Assembly (NCBI GenBank): GCA_039028615.1
Contig: JBCCHT010000004.1
Location: 256,001-320,000, forward strand
Length of the DNA stretch: 64,000 nucleotides
Reading direction: 5' to 3'
Source: Myxococcota bacterium
Lineage (GTDB): Bacteria; Myxococcota_A; Polyangia; Nannocystales; Nannocystaceae
The position numbers and the translations under genes are program-made. Positions 49,401 to 58,825 of this stretch are shown piece after piece; the stretch's first letter is position 1; each line of letters begins with the position of its first letter. Under the pieces are notes generated by a model, which saw only the letters and a list, made by a program, of their open reading frames with translations, was not told the DNA's origin and did not search any database.

Positions 49401-50537
49401 TCAGGGCTCGACCGCACCTCGGGCTCGTAGCAGCGCCTCGAGCTCTTCGTGTTCCCCCATCACCGCCATGTACAGGGCGTTGCGCCCGTCGGGGGCGGCG
49501 GTATTGACCGGCACCCCCTCCTCGTCGAGCAAGCGCAGCACGGAATCGGTGAAGCCCCGGTACGCGGCCCAGAGCAGGGGGCCGGTGTAGGGGTGCATCT
49601 GCGCACGCCGCAGGGCCCGGGCTCGGCCCTCGTCCCGGGACGCCAGGGCCTGCTGGTACTGCGAAGGGGGCACCTCGGACGCGAGGACGTCGAAGATTTC
49701 GTCGAGGCCCTCGCGCGCCGCCAGCTCGATCGGGCTGACGCCGTTGGCATCCCGGGGATCGGTCTTGCAGCCGTGCCGTACCAGGATGCGCACCACCCGT
49801 GTCGCACCGACCGCGACCGCCTGGTGCAGCGGGGTCCGCCGAAGCCCGTCGGTTCGCTCGGTCGATGACCCATGGTCGAGCAATAGCGACACGAGCGTCG
49901 GGCGATCGAGACGACACGCCAGCGCGAGGGGCCCGTCTTCATGCTCCCACTCTTCAATGGGCCCTTGTCGGTCGAAGAGCAGCGCGGCGATGTCGACGTC
50001 ACCGCGTTGCACGGCCGTCGTCACGTGACGCTCCCAGACGTCGCCCGCCTCCATGCGCTCCAACACCAGCTGGATCTCGTCGAGCGTGCCCGTGCGCACC
50101 GCAGCATCGAGTTCGTCCCGCCGCTGTTCACACTCGTACTCGGCACGCTGGGCAACCTGATGTCCATGCATCCGAGCGATGAAGGACGGCGAGCAGCCCT
50201 CGATGCCGATACCGAGCAAGTCGTTGTCCAGCGTGTACGACGACATCCACTCCGTCTTCTCGGTGTAGGTCGCCAAGACCCATCCGTCGCGCTGCCACCC
50301 GTCCATCACGGCTCGACAATCGCGTCGCGCGGCCTGGGGGTTGGAGTGGGTCTGCCAGGGTCCGCTCAGCGGGGGCAGCTCGTCCCAGTCGTCCAGCTCG
50401 GATGCCGGTCCATCGCCCTGCTGCACGCGCGCATCCTCGAGACGAATCGACCGGTATCGCACTGCGTGGTCCTGCACACCCAACCACAACCACTGCCCGG
50501 CGAGGGTCTCGTCGTTGGGCGGCATCCAGGACCCCAC
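49401..50537 (-). CDS. Ankyrin-repeat protein with an unknown (WGR-like?) N-terminal domain, copy 2
   Basis: MGSWMPPNDETLAGQWLWL aligns with MGISVPPDDETLEGHWLWL; TPLHQAV, SPIELAAREG, LLWAAYRGF, AAPDGRNAL. Confidence 0.88.
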   Translation of the reverse strand: MGSWMPPNDETLAGQWLWLGVQDHAVRYRSIRLEDARVQQGDGPASELDDWDELPPLSGPWQTHSNPQAARRDCRAVMDGWQRDGWVLATYTEKTEWMSSYTLDNDLLGIGIEGCSPSFIARMHGHQVAQRAEYECEQRRDELDAAVRTGTLDEIQLVLERMEAGDVWERHVTTAVQRGDVDIAALLFDRQGPIEEWEHEDGPLALACRLDRPTLVSLLLDHGSSTERTDGLRRTPLHQAVAVGATRVVRILVRHGCKTDPRDANGVSPIELAAREGLDEIFDVLASEVPPSQYQQALASRDEGRARALRRAQMHPYTGPLLWAAYRGFTDSVLRLLDEEGVPVNTAAPDGRNALYMAVMGEHEELEALLRARGAVEP

Positions 50538-50544
50538 ATCCCCC

Positions 50545-50554
50545 ATGGTAACTT
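50545..50554. promoter_or_regulatory. Overlapping bidirectional -10 boxes, module 2
   Basis: ATGGTAACTT: TACCAT on - (7 nt before GTG 50537) and TAACTT on + (13 nt before ATG 50568). Confidence 0.5.
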
Positions 50555-50567
50555 TGCGTCTTCGCTC

Positions 50568-50981
50568 ATGACCATCGACTTCGGCAGCGAGCTCGAGCAC
50601 CGTACCCCGCAGGGGTGGGTCGTCCCGACGAAGCGATACTGGGAGGAGATCGGGTTCGAGTTCTGGCCCGACTTCGACGAAAACTACCACGCGCTGTACG
50701 TGCTCACGGCCGATGCGTATCGGCTGCGCGGGGCAAAGCTGCCGGCCCCCATCGTCGATGCGCCGCGTGGCCGAGCCCACGACTGCCCGGCCGAGCTCAT
50801 CGACCGGGGCCACTCCGCCATCAGCTGGCTGACGGTCGAGGAACTGTTGCTCTACGACTGGGAGTACGCGTTGCAGCACCGCTCCGAACCCGCGGGCTAT
50901 TGGCTGGTGCCGTTGCTCGACTCGCTGTACCAACTACGACCGCCGAGCGACTATCGAATCTCGTTTTGGGCGATGGTGTAA
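50568..50981 (+). CDS. Small conserved hypothetical protein, copy 2
   Basis: PIVDAPRGRAHDC, HSAISWLTVEELLLYDWE, RISFW. Confidence 0.8.
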   Translation: MTIDFGSELEHRTPQGWVVPTKRYWEEIGFEFWPDFDENYHALYVLTADAYRLRGAKLPAPIVDAPRGRAHDCPAELIDRGHSAISWLTVEELLLYDWEYALQHRSEPAGYWLVPLLDSLYQLRPPSDYRISFWAMV

Positions 50982-51147
50982 CGACGCGGTCGGGCACATT
51001 TCGCGAGAGGCCCGTAATCGCGGGAAATCTCTTACATACGCGGTGAACTGCGGTCATAGGCTGTCATGGTGACTCGGCTGGCTGCCCCCTAGGTTGGGTT
51101 CGCAGCCCCGGCATTTCGCGGGGCCCCCCAACACGGAGATCAGCCCA

Positions 51148-53085
51148 ATGCCTCAGATCCATGACCTTCGCGGCCTTTTCCTCTCTCGCGCCTGGACCCT
51201 CGCCGAACACCGTCCCGCTTCCATCGCGGCGTCACGGGCTCGGCTCACCGTAGCGGGTGCGCTAGGCCTGCTGCTCGCGGGATGCCCGAGCGACGACGGC
51301 ATGGTCATTGCCGACGCAGGGGGTGAGACCGAGGGCAGTGGCGAGACCGACGACGCCGTGACGGACGACGGCATGGCCGAGGCCGGCACCCCGATGGCGA
51401 CCACCGACGCCGCCACCGGGACCGGTGGTGAAGAGGAGACCGAGGGCGTCGACGAGTCGAGCGGCGACGAGTCCACCACCGATGACGTGGACCCGAGCTG
51501 CGGCGACGGCATTCTCGACGATGGCGAAGAGTGCGACGACCACGGCGAGTCCGCGCTGTGCAACGCCGACTGCACCGTGTCCTCCTGCGGTGACGGGACG
51601 GTCAACATCCTCGCCGGGGAAGAGTGCGACGACGAGGGTGAGTCCTCGGGCTGCAACGACGACTGCACCGAGGCGATGTGCGGCGACGGGATCCTCAACG
51701 CCAGCGCGGGCGAAGACTGCGATGGCGATGGCGAGTCCGCCGAGTGCAACGCCGACTGCACCCCGACTCAGTGTGGCGACGGCATCATCAACGAGACGGC
51801 CGGGGAAGAGTGCGACGACAGCAACATGGAGGATCTCGACTTCTGCTCGAGCACCTGCCTGGCCGCACCGTCCCCCGTGCTCGATGCCGACCACGTGTTC
51901 GACACCGACACGGGCGAGCTCGATGGCGTGCCTCAGTTCTGGGATGCGGCCACCAGCACCTGGTTCCTCAACGGGCTCGAGATCCAGGAGACCGGCGTGC
52001 TCACCGTGGTCGGTAGCAACTCGCTGACCATCGTCGCCGACGGACCCGTGTTGGTCGCGGGCACCATCGACGGCTCGGGCCAGGACGGAGGCACCCCCAA
52101 TATCGACTCACCCAACTGCGATACCGCTGGGCTCGGCGGCATCCCGGGGCCCGGTGGATTCGCGGGTGGCGACGGAGCGGGTAACGGCGGCACCGGTACG
52201 GAGGATGGCGCGCCGGGACAGGGACCCGGCATGTCGCCCGCACAGGGCGGGGTCGCTTCGACGGTCACCGAATCTCTTTTCGCGGGCGCGGGTGGAGGCG
52301 GCGGCGGCCACCTCGTCGCCGGTTCACCCGGCTCGGCAGATCCAGCCACGGGCGCGCAGGCGGGCGCCGGAGGCGAGGCACACATGAGCGTGCCTCCGCT
52401 CATCGGCGGAGGCGGAGGCGGAGGCGGTTCGGTCGAAAAGGACGCATCGATTGGCGAAGGGACGCTCAGCAGCCTCGACGATGATGGCGCAGGCGGGGGC
52501 GGAGGCGGAGGTGCCATCGCGATCGACTCCGCCGTGGCCATCGTGGTGACGGGGACCATCAACGTCTCGGGGGGCGCCGGGGGCAACAACGATGGGGCCG
52601 GCTGTGCCGATCAAGGTCTCGGGGGCGGCGGCGCGGGGGGAGCGATCCACCTGCTCTCTCCGTCGACGGATATCGGCGGAGCAACCCTCGACGTCAGCGG
52701 TGGCTTGGGTGGCGTGACCGACAGTGCGGACCCCGCCGCCGTGGTCTTGAACGGCGGAGACGGATCCGAAGGGCGCATCGTCGCGCCGCCCACCGGCTAT
52801 GGCATGTGCACGCCGGGTGGTGGCCCGACCGAGTGCATCATGGGAGAGGGCTGCCTGACGGACGACGTCGACACCCCGACCTTCGGCATCTGCGTCACCA
52901 TCGGATGTGCCGTCGATGCCGACTGCCCTGCCGCCCCGGGCTCGGGGACCGCGGCTGCGCTGTGCGTCGACATCACGGGAGACGGCGTCGCCGAGGAATG
53001 CGTGCTCGACTGTTCGGCGGGCGAAACCTGCCCCGCCGGGATGGACTGCTTCAACGACAACATCTGCGTGCACACCCTCGAGTAG
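51148..53085 (+). CDS. Myxobacterial Cys-rich repeat (DUF4215-like) lipoprotein with Gly-rich region
   Basis: Lipobox LAGC; four CGDG...GEECD repeats; GGGGGG tracts; Cys-rich C-terminus. Confidence 0.85.
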   Translation: MPQIHDLRGLFLSRAWTLAEHRPASIAASRARLTVAGALGLLLAGCPSDDGMVIADAGGETEGSGETDDAVTDDGMAEAGTPMATTDAATGTGGEEETEGVDESSGDESTTDDVDPSCGDGILDDGEECDDHGESALCNADCTVSSCGDGTVNILAGEECDDEGESSGCNDDCTEAMCGDGILNASAGEDCDGDGESAECNADCTPTQCGDGIINETAGEECDDSNMEDLDFCSSTCLAAPSPVLDADHVFDTDTGELDGVPQFWDAATSTWFLNGLEIQETGVLTVVGSNSLTIVADGPVLVAGTIDGSGQDGGTPNIDSPNCDTAGLGGIPGPGGFAGGDGAGNGGTGTEDGAPGQGPGMSPAQGGVASTVTESLFAGAGGGGGGHLVAGSPGSADPATGAQAGAGGEAHMSVPPLIGGGGGGGGSVEKDASIGEGTLSSLDDDGAGGGGGGGAIAIDSAVAIVVTGTINVSGGAGGNNDGAGCADQGLGGGGAGGAIHLLSPSTDIGGATLDVSGGLGGVTDSADPAAVVLNGGDGSEGRIVAPPTGYGMCTPGGGPTECIMGEGCLTDDVDTPTFGICVTIGCAVDADCPAAPGSGTAAALCVDITGDGVAEECVLDCSAGETCPAGMDCFNDNICVHTLE

Positions 53086-53113
53086 CGAACGGGAGAGACC
53101 GCGCTTCGTCACC

Positions 53114-53150
53114 GAGCCGAGCGGCCCTGCGCCGCTCGGCTCTCTTTCGT
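53114..53150. terminator. Intrinsic terminator between convergent genes
   Basis: gagccgagcgg-N7-ccgctcggctc followed by tctttcgt. Confidence 0.7.
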
Positions 53151-54281
53151 TCAGGGCGCAGTGGCGCCGCGGTCGAGGTAGCCGATCGACACGCGAAACC
53201 CGAGGTGGTCATCCGCGCTGCGCGGGTCGTCGCCCTGCCGAGAGTCGGCGCGAATGTTGTGACCGAACTCGACCTCGTCCGGCGAGACCCCGATGCGCCC
53301 GGCCGAGCCCGCCCAGAACCCGCCCTTTTGCGCTCGAATGTCCCCACCGATCGCGCCGATGGGATCGTCGATGGCCTCGGCCGAGAACATGCTCAGGTGG
53401 TCGTGCACCCACTCGGTGAGGTTGCCCGCCATGTCGAGCGCACCGACCGGTGAGGCCCCCGCAGGGAACAGACCCACCGGGCTGGTGATGGGATAGCCGT
53501 CGTCGACCCCCCGATGCACGATGGACTGCTCTGTTCCGGGAAAGAGCCGATCGAAGGATTCGTCGGCGTAGTTGGCCCGGGTGCCATCGGGCGGGGCGTC
53601 CCCCCAGGGATAGGCCCGGCCATCGGTGCCCCGCGCCGCGTACTCCCACTGCGCCTCGGTGGGCAGCCGAAACGGCAATCCGGTCTGCTCCTCGAGCCAT
53701 TGTGCGTACGCGACACCGTCGTACCAGCTCACGCAGTTGACGGGGTGCTCGTCGGTCACGATCGCTTCGGGGAAACGCTCGGTCACCCGCTCGAATGCGT
53801 TGCGCCAGTCGTAGCCGGGCGTGGGCGTGAACCCCTGGGCGCCGAACTCGTAGACCCAGCAGCCATCGTGACCCGGCTGCTCCACGTCGGTGACGAATCC
53901 GGTCTCCTCCACGAACGCCCGAAACTGCCCGCGCGTGACCGGAGTCTTGGCGATCCAGTAGTGCGACAGCCGGACCTCGTGCGCGGGCGAGGACGGGTAC
54001 GACTCGGTCACCACCCCCGAGTGCAGCGCGTCATTGCCCGATACGAAGCTCCCCTCCGGTACGTAGATCATCACGATCCCGTGATCGAAGGTCGCCTCCC
54101 AGAAGCCCTGCTCGTTGAGCTCCAGGCTCGAGGCTCGCGCCCGCACGAACTCGAGTTCGTCCTCCATGGTACGAAGCTCGGCGATCGGCTCACCGGGGGT
54201 GTTGGGGCCGAGGTCGGCTCCGCGACAATTGAACAGGCCAAGGGCGACGATGAATGCGGGAAGAGTTCTGCCGGGCATCAT
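53151..54281 (-). CDS. FGE-sulfatase (SUMF1/EgtB-like) domain lipoprotein
   Basis: PAHEV, TPVT..QF, HPVNCVSWYD, RLPTEAQWEYAARG, YPWG, DMAGNL.EW, LGFR; lipobox LFNC. Confidence 0.9.
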   Translation of the reverse strand: MMPGRTLPAFIVALGLFNCRGADLGPNTPGEPIAELRTMEDELEFVRARASSLELNEQGFWEATFDHGIVMIYVPEGSFVSGNDALHSGVVTESYPSSPAHEVRLSHYWIAKTPVTRGQFRAFVEETGFVTDVEQPGHDGCWVYEFGAQGFTPTPGYDWRNAFERVTERFPEAIVTDEHPVNCVSWYDGVAYAQWLEEQTGLPFRLPTEAQWEYAARGTDGRAYPWGDAPPDGTRANYADESFDRLFPGTEQSIVHRGVDDGYPITSPVGLFPAGASPVGALDMAGNLTEWVHDHLSMFSAEAIDDPIGAIGGDIRAQKGGFWAGSAGRIGVSPDEVEFGHNIRADSRQGDDPRSADDHLGFRVSIGYLDRGATAP

Positions 54282-54464
54282 GAGGGTCGTAATTCCAGGC
54301 TAGGAGCGAACCCCGGCCCGGACGAGGGCGGTGCGACGAGCGGTCGGGCTCGGTCGACTAGCGGTGAACGGCGGACGCCCCGCCAAACCGAGTTCCCCTC
54401 CCCGATCGTCTTTTTTCTCCCGTCCGCGTCAGATCGACGGCCGTCGGCGGCGAGGGCCACAGCG

Positions 54465-55589
54465 ATGCCCCACCGCCCCCTCCACCAGCACGAGCCCCTG
54501 CGCTGGCTCGTGTCCGTCCTGAGCCTGTCCACCCTCGCGTGCGACGTCGCCGACGATCGCGACGATCTCGAGTTCCGCTCCGAGCGAGCTCCCGTCCGCT
54601 CGCTCGATCCCGCACCCGAGCCCGAGCCCGAGCCCGAGCCCGAACCCGAGCCCGAGCCGGATCCCGATCCCGTCAGCGCCGAGGAGCTCGTCGGCATGTC
54701 CCTCGACGAGTTCTTCTCGGTCTCGCCGTGGACCGCGGTCTACGAGATGAGCGCTCCGCCTTCGCCGACCCACCCCTACGGCGGAAGCCCGGTCAACAGC
54801 TACGACCGGGGCTGGCCCGCCCACGCGATGCAGTGGAAGGACTACGTCGCCCCCGCCAGCTACACCCTGGACATGAACGCGGCGACGACGGCCATCGCCG
54901 GCGTCTCCGGGCTGGGGCTGAACGTCAACCCCACCGACAACACCCACCTCGATGGTTTCGAGTCGGGCGGCGCGGTGTTCAGCAATGATCCGCCCGGCAC
55001 CTGGATGACCGCGAACTTCCTCGATCCCGCGGTCGGCCTGGTCTACGCCGCGATGGTCATGCACCTGTGGGGGAGCCCGGTCTACGTCGATGCCACCCAC
55101 AACTACCAGGCGGGCTCGGGCGCGCTCGGTTCCTTCAGCCACACCATCGCGCTGCAGCGCCTCGAGTTCACGCTGACCAGCGCGCCGAACCTCCACGCCG
55201 CGTGCGGCCTGCCCACCAACGCCGCCCCCAACGTGGCGCTGACCGTCGTGCCCAACTGCACCCACGGCGCTCTGCTGTCGGCCGAGCGCGTGACGCTGTG
55301 GAACGACTACCTGTGCCCGGGGTGCCCCACCGGAAACTGGGTGCCGTACCACCCCGACACCTCGATCGGCACCAGCGAGCTCGTAGCCGCCTGGGCGGGC
55401 AGCCTCGCCTTCAAGGGGCAGATGGTCTTCGATCCACCCGCGGACACCACCGAGGAGGACCTGACGGGCCTGGCGGTGTTCGCCGATGCGATGGCCGACC
55501 AGGTGCTGATCGAAGGCGACGACGGCACGCTGGTGCGGCTGCGCGACTACGTGGCCAACTTGGAGCACTCCGAGCCCAGCGAGGGCTGA
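54465..55589 (+). CDS. Hypothetical lipoprotein with a (PE)n linker
   Basis: LSLSTLAC lipobox, DDLEFR, PEPEPE tract; strong GC3 bias. Confidence 0.75.
   Translation: MPHRPLHQHEPLRWLVSVLSLSTLACDVADDRDDLEFRSERAPVRSLDPAPEPEPEPEPEPEPEPDPDPVSAEELVGMSLDEFFSVSPWTAVYEMSAPPSPTHPYGGSPVNSYDRGWPAHAMQWKDYVAPASYTLDMNAATTAIAGVSGLGLNVNPTDNTHLDGFESGGAVFSNDPPGTWMTANFLDPAVGLVYAAMVMHLWGSPVYVDATHNYQAGSGALGSFSHTIALQRLEFTLTSAPNLHAACGLPTNAAPNVALTVVPNCTHGALLSAERVTLWNDYLCPGCPTGNWVPYHPDTSIGTSELVAAWAGSLAFKGQMVFDPPADTTEEDLTGLAVFADAMADQVLIEGDDGTLVRLRDYVANLEHSEPSEG
54615..54671 (+). repeat. (CCCGAG)n hexamer repeat encoding a PE/PD linker
   Basis: cccgagcccgagcccgagcccgagcccgaacccgagcccgagccggatcccgatccc. Confidence 0.9.
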
Positions 55590-55601
55590 GCCCGAGTCCC
55601 G

Positions 55602-55650
55602 ACGCGCTCGCCCCTCGGGGCGAGCCGCGTGCGTCCGATCTGCGGACGCA
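55602..55650. terminator. Tandem hairpins between convergent genes
   Basis: gctcgccc-ctcg-gggcgagc and tgcgtccg-atctg-cggacgca. Confidence 0.55.
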
Positions 55651-55651
55651 G

Positions 55652-56770
55652 CTAGGCGCGGTACTGCCGGGATCTCGACACGCTCATCAAGATCCCGAGG
55701 CCGACCATCATCGTCAGCACGTTCGATCCGCCCGCGCTGAAGAACGGCAGCGTAATGCCGGAGACGGGCACCAGCTGGAGCACCATGCCCATGTTGATCG
55801 CCACGTGCCAGAAGAACAGCGCGGCCACGCCCGTGCACAGCAGCGCGCCGAAGCGATCGCGGGCCTGGCTGGCGATGTTGATCGACCACAGCGTGAGCCC
55901 GAGATAGAGCGCCAGCGCCATCGCCCCGCCCACGAAGCCCCACTCCTCCGCGTACACGGCGAAGGGGAAGTCGGTGAAGGGCTCGGGCAGAAAGCCGAGC
56001 ACGTTCTGCGTGCCCTGGTCGACGCCGCGGCCGAAGAACCCGCCGTTGCCCACGCTGATGATGGCCTGGATCGTCTGGTAGCCCTCGTCGTCGGCGTACA
56101 GCTCGGGGTTGAGCCACACGTCGATGCGCTTGCGCTGGTAGTCGGCCATGTAGCGCCAGCCCAGCGCCACCGCGACCAGGGCGGCGAAGCCCGCCCCCAG
56201 CATGCTGCGCAGGTGCAGCCGCGTCACCGACAGCACGGGGAACGCGACCAGCAAGATCATCACCCCGGTACCCAAGTCGGGCTGGTTGATGATGAGCGCC
56301 GCGGGCAACAGCACCATGGCGAAGGGGATGACCAGCGTCCGAAAGCTCTGGGTCTTGCGGGTCGACGCGTCGTGCAGATAGCGAGCGAGCGCCACCACCA
56401 GCAGGACCTTCATGACCTCGGAGGGCTGCAAGCGGTAGTCCTGCGTGCCCAGCCACCGTCGAGCGTTGTTGACCTTGATCCCGATGAGCGGCACCAACAC
56501 CAACAGGCCCACCCCCGCGGCATAAGCCGCGTACGCCAGCCGGTAGATCACCCGGTAGTCGATGGCGGTGACCACGAACATGACCACCGTGCCCAGCGCG
56601 ACCCACCGCAGCTGGGTCGCCACGCGGCCGGTCCAGTCGCCCTTGCCCGCGCTGTTGAGGTTGATGAGGGCCAGCGCGATGACGCCGAAGGCCAGCAGCA
56701 CCACCACCCAGTCGATGGACTGACGCAGGCGTCCCCACAGGTCGCGCGGCTGGCCGAGGAGGTCGCTCAT
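55652..56770 (-). CDS. rodA: Rod shape-determining protein RodA (SEDS)
   Basis: ARRWL, LQPSE.MK, QPDLGT, YQRKRI, GYQ..QA, FLPE..TDF, EEWGF, GITLPF.S.GGS; ATG 56770. Confidence 0.95.
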   Translation of the reverse strand: MSDLLGQPRDLWGRLRQSIDWVVVLLAFGVIALALINLNSAGKGDWTGRVATQLRWVALGTVVMFVVTAIDYRVIYRLAYAAYAAGVGLLVLVPLIGIKVNNARRWLGTQDYRLQPSEVMKVLLVVALARYLHDASTRKTQSFRTLVIPFAMVLLPAALIINQPDLGTGVMILLVAFPVLSVTRLHLRSMLGAGFAALVAVALGWRYMADYQRKRIDVWLNPELYADDEGYQTIQAIISVGNGGFFGRGVDQGTQNVLGFLPEPFTDFPFAVYAEEWGFVGGAMALALYLGLTLWSINIASQARDRFGALLCTGVAALFFWHVAINMGMVLQLVPVSGITLPFFSAGGSNVLTMMVGLGILMSVSRSRQYRA

Positions 56771-58818
56771 GGCGCGGCTCCGGTGGGGGTGCTGCCCCCG
56801 GCGCGAGGGAGCTTGGCCTTGGCCTGGCCCGGCAGCGGCGGCGGCACGCCGTAGGGCCGCGGCGCCGCCTTGGTCTCGGACACGCTCTGGCCGATGTAGT
56901 GGTTGACCACCTTCATCACGATGGGCGCGGCCGCGTCGGCACCGATGCCGCCGTGCTCGACCATGGCCACCACCACGATGGAGGGGTTCTCGGCCGGGGC
57001 ATAGGCGGCGAACCAGGCGTGGTCCTGCGAGGTATCCCAGCCCTCGATCTGCTCTTCGTCCTCGTCGTCGTCGGTGCGCCGCCGCTTCTCGCGACCGACC
57101 TGCGCGGTGCCGGTCTTGCCCGCCACGACGATGTTGGGCAGCCGCTCGGAGTACGCGGTGCCATCCTCGTTGTTGACCACGCCGACCAGGCCCCGGTGGA
57201 TGCGCTCGCGGTCGACCGGATCGATGACCGGCTGATCGTTGCGCCGCTGGGGCTGGCTGGTGAACACCAGCTTGCCCTCGTTGGTCTCGATGTGATCGAC
57301 CAGGTACGGCGTCATGACGTAGCCACCGTTGGCGATGGCGGCGTAGAGCACCGCCAGCTGGAGCACGGTGGCCTTCACGTTGCCCTGCCCGATGGCGCTG
57401 TTGAGACGCACACCACCTTGGTACGTGCCCTCGCGCGCCTCGAACTCCTCGGTGGGAATCGTGCCCCGCACCTCGCCGTTGAGGCCCAGGCCCGAGCGCT
57501 CGCCCAGGCCGAGCGAGCGCGCCACCTGCTCCATGCGATCGAGGCTGAGGATGTTGTCGACCGCGAGCTGATAGAAGTAGGTGTTGCAGGACTCGACGAT
57601 GGCCGTCTCGAGGTTCATCGGCCCGTGCACGTGGGTGTCGCGGAAGGTCCGGCCACCGAACTTGAGGTAGCCCTCGCACTCGAGCTCTTCGTCGGGGTCG
57701 AACTCGGGGTGGGACAGCGCCGCGATGGCGGACACGACCTTGTAGGTCGAGCCGGGGAAGAAGTGCTCCTGGACCGTCTTGTCGATGAAGGGCTGGAGCG
57801 GGCTGTTGGCCCAGGCCTGATAGGTGGCCGAAGAGATCGGCTGCTCGTACAGGTTGGGATCGATGCCCGGCACCGAGACCATGGCGATGATCTTGCCCGT
57901 CTTGATCTCCATGGCCACGACGCCGCCCGCCAGCTTCTCGGACAGCGCGTCGTAGCCCACCCGCTGCAGGTCGAGATCGAGGGTGAGGTAGATGTCCTGG
58001 CCGGGGATCGGGTCGGTGTCTTCGGGCAGGGCCTCGACCGCTTCGTGCGGGGGCTCGTCGACCTCGCGCCGACGGGCGTCCACCACCCGCGCGCGCCGAC
58101 CCAGACGCCCCCGCAGGTAGTTCTCCCACTGCCGCTCGATGCCGGTCTTACCCGTGCGATCGCCCGGCCGGTACCCGAGGTGCTTCGAGCGCTCGAGCCC
58201 GCGCGGGCCGATGTTGCCCATGTGCCCGGTGAGGAAGCCGATGAGCACGCCCTCGGGGTAGTAGCGCTTGGAGCTCTCGCGAATCTCCACCCACGGGTCG
58301 ATGGTGTCGAGCCGCGCTTGGATGCGGGCGAACTCCTCCCAGTCGAGGTTGCGGCGCACGACCTGCGGGTACTTCCCCACCGCCTCGTCGGACCGCAGCT
58401 CCTCGATGCGCGCGACCACGGTGTCGCGGTCTTCGTCGTCGACCACGTCGATGAGCGAGACGATGAGGTTGCGGGTCTCATCGTCCATGACCATGCGCTT
58501 GCCCTCGGGGCTGGGCACCACGCCCGCCTCGCCGTCACGCGTGAACCGGGCCCACGCGGTGATGTACAGGGTGTAGGCCGGTCGGTTGGTGGCGACGGGC
58601 CGGCCCTCGGCATCGAAGATGCGCCCGCGCGGGGCCTCGACGTCGACCACGTCGAGGAAGTTGCGCTCGGCCCGACGGGTGTAGTGGTCACCCTCGAGGA
58701 TCTGGATCTGGCACAAGCGACCGAGCAAGCCCAGGAACACCAGGCAGACGATGAACACCATCGCCTGGAACCGGGGTCGGAGCTCCCGCAGATCGTCGCG
58801 TTGGCGCAGGTTGATCAT
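56767..58818 (-). CDS. mrdA: Penicillin-binding protein 2
   Basis: APRGRIFD, GKTGIE, PGSTYK (SxxK), SCN, IGQG, GKTGTAQ, DHAWF. Confidence 0.95.
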   Translation of the reverse strand: MINLRQRDDLRELRPRFQAMVFIVCLVFLGLLGRLCQIQILEGDHYTRRAERNFLDVVDVEAPRGRIFDAEGRPVATNRPAYTLYITAWARFTRDGEAGVVPSPEGKRMVMDDETRNLIVSLIDVVDDEDRDTVVARIEELRSDEAVGKYPQVVRRNLDWEEFARIQARLDTIDPWVEIRESSKRYYPEGVLIGFLTGHMGNIGPRGLERSKHLGYRPGDRTGKTGIERQWENYLRGRLGRRARVVDARRREVDEPPHEAVEALPEDTDPIPGQDIYLTLDLDLQRVGYDALSEKLAGGVVAMEIKTGKIIAMVSVPGIDPNLYEQPISSATYQAWANSPLQPFIDKTVQEHFFPGSTYKVVSAIAALSHPEFDPDEELECEGYLKFGGRTFRDTHVHGPMNLETAIVESCNTYFYQLAVDNILSLDRMEQVARSLGLGERSGLGLNGEVRGTIPTEEFEAREGTYQGGVRLNSAIGQGNVKATVLQLAVLYAAIANGGYVMTPYLVDHIETNEGKLVFTSQPQRRNDQPVIDPVDRERIHRGLVGVVNNEDGTAYSERLPNIVVAGKTGTAQVGREKRRRTDDDEDEEQIEGWDTSQDHAWFAAYAPAENPSIVVVAMVEHGGIGADAAAPIVMKVVNHYIGQSVSETKAAPRPYGVPPPLPGQAKAKLPRAGGSTPTGAAP

Positions 58819-58825
58819 GGCCGCG

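Noticed and set aside
47772..51050. Ankyrin modules as a prophage or mobile element
   Set aside because: No integrase, transposase, structural genes, att sites or terminal repeats were seen.
51051..51068. GTCAT direct repeat as a Pho/OmpR-type box
   Set aside because: Only two short matches with a 10-bp period and no supporting context.
53151..54281. FGE-fold protein as a diversity-generating retroelement target
   Set aside because: No reverse transcriptase and no template/variable repeat pair seen in the window.
55652..58129. 825-aa RodA with a long N-terminal extension
   Set aside because: The extension is an off-frame overlap with mrdA; the real start is ATG 56770 (ATGA coupling).
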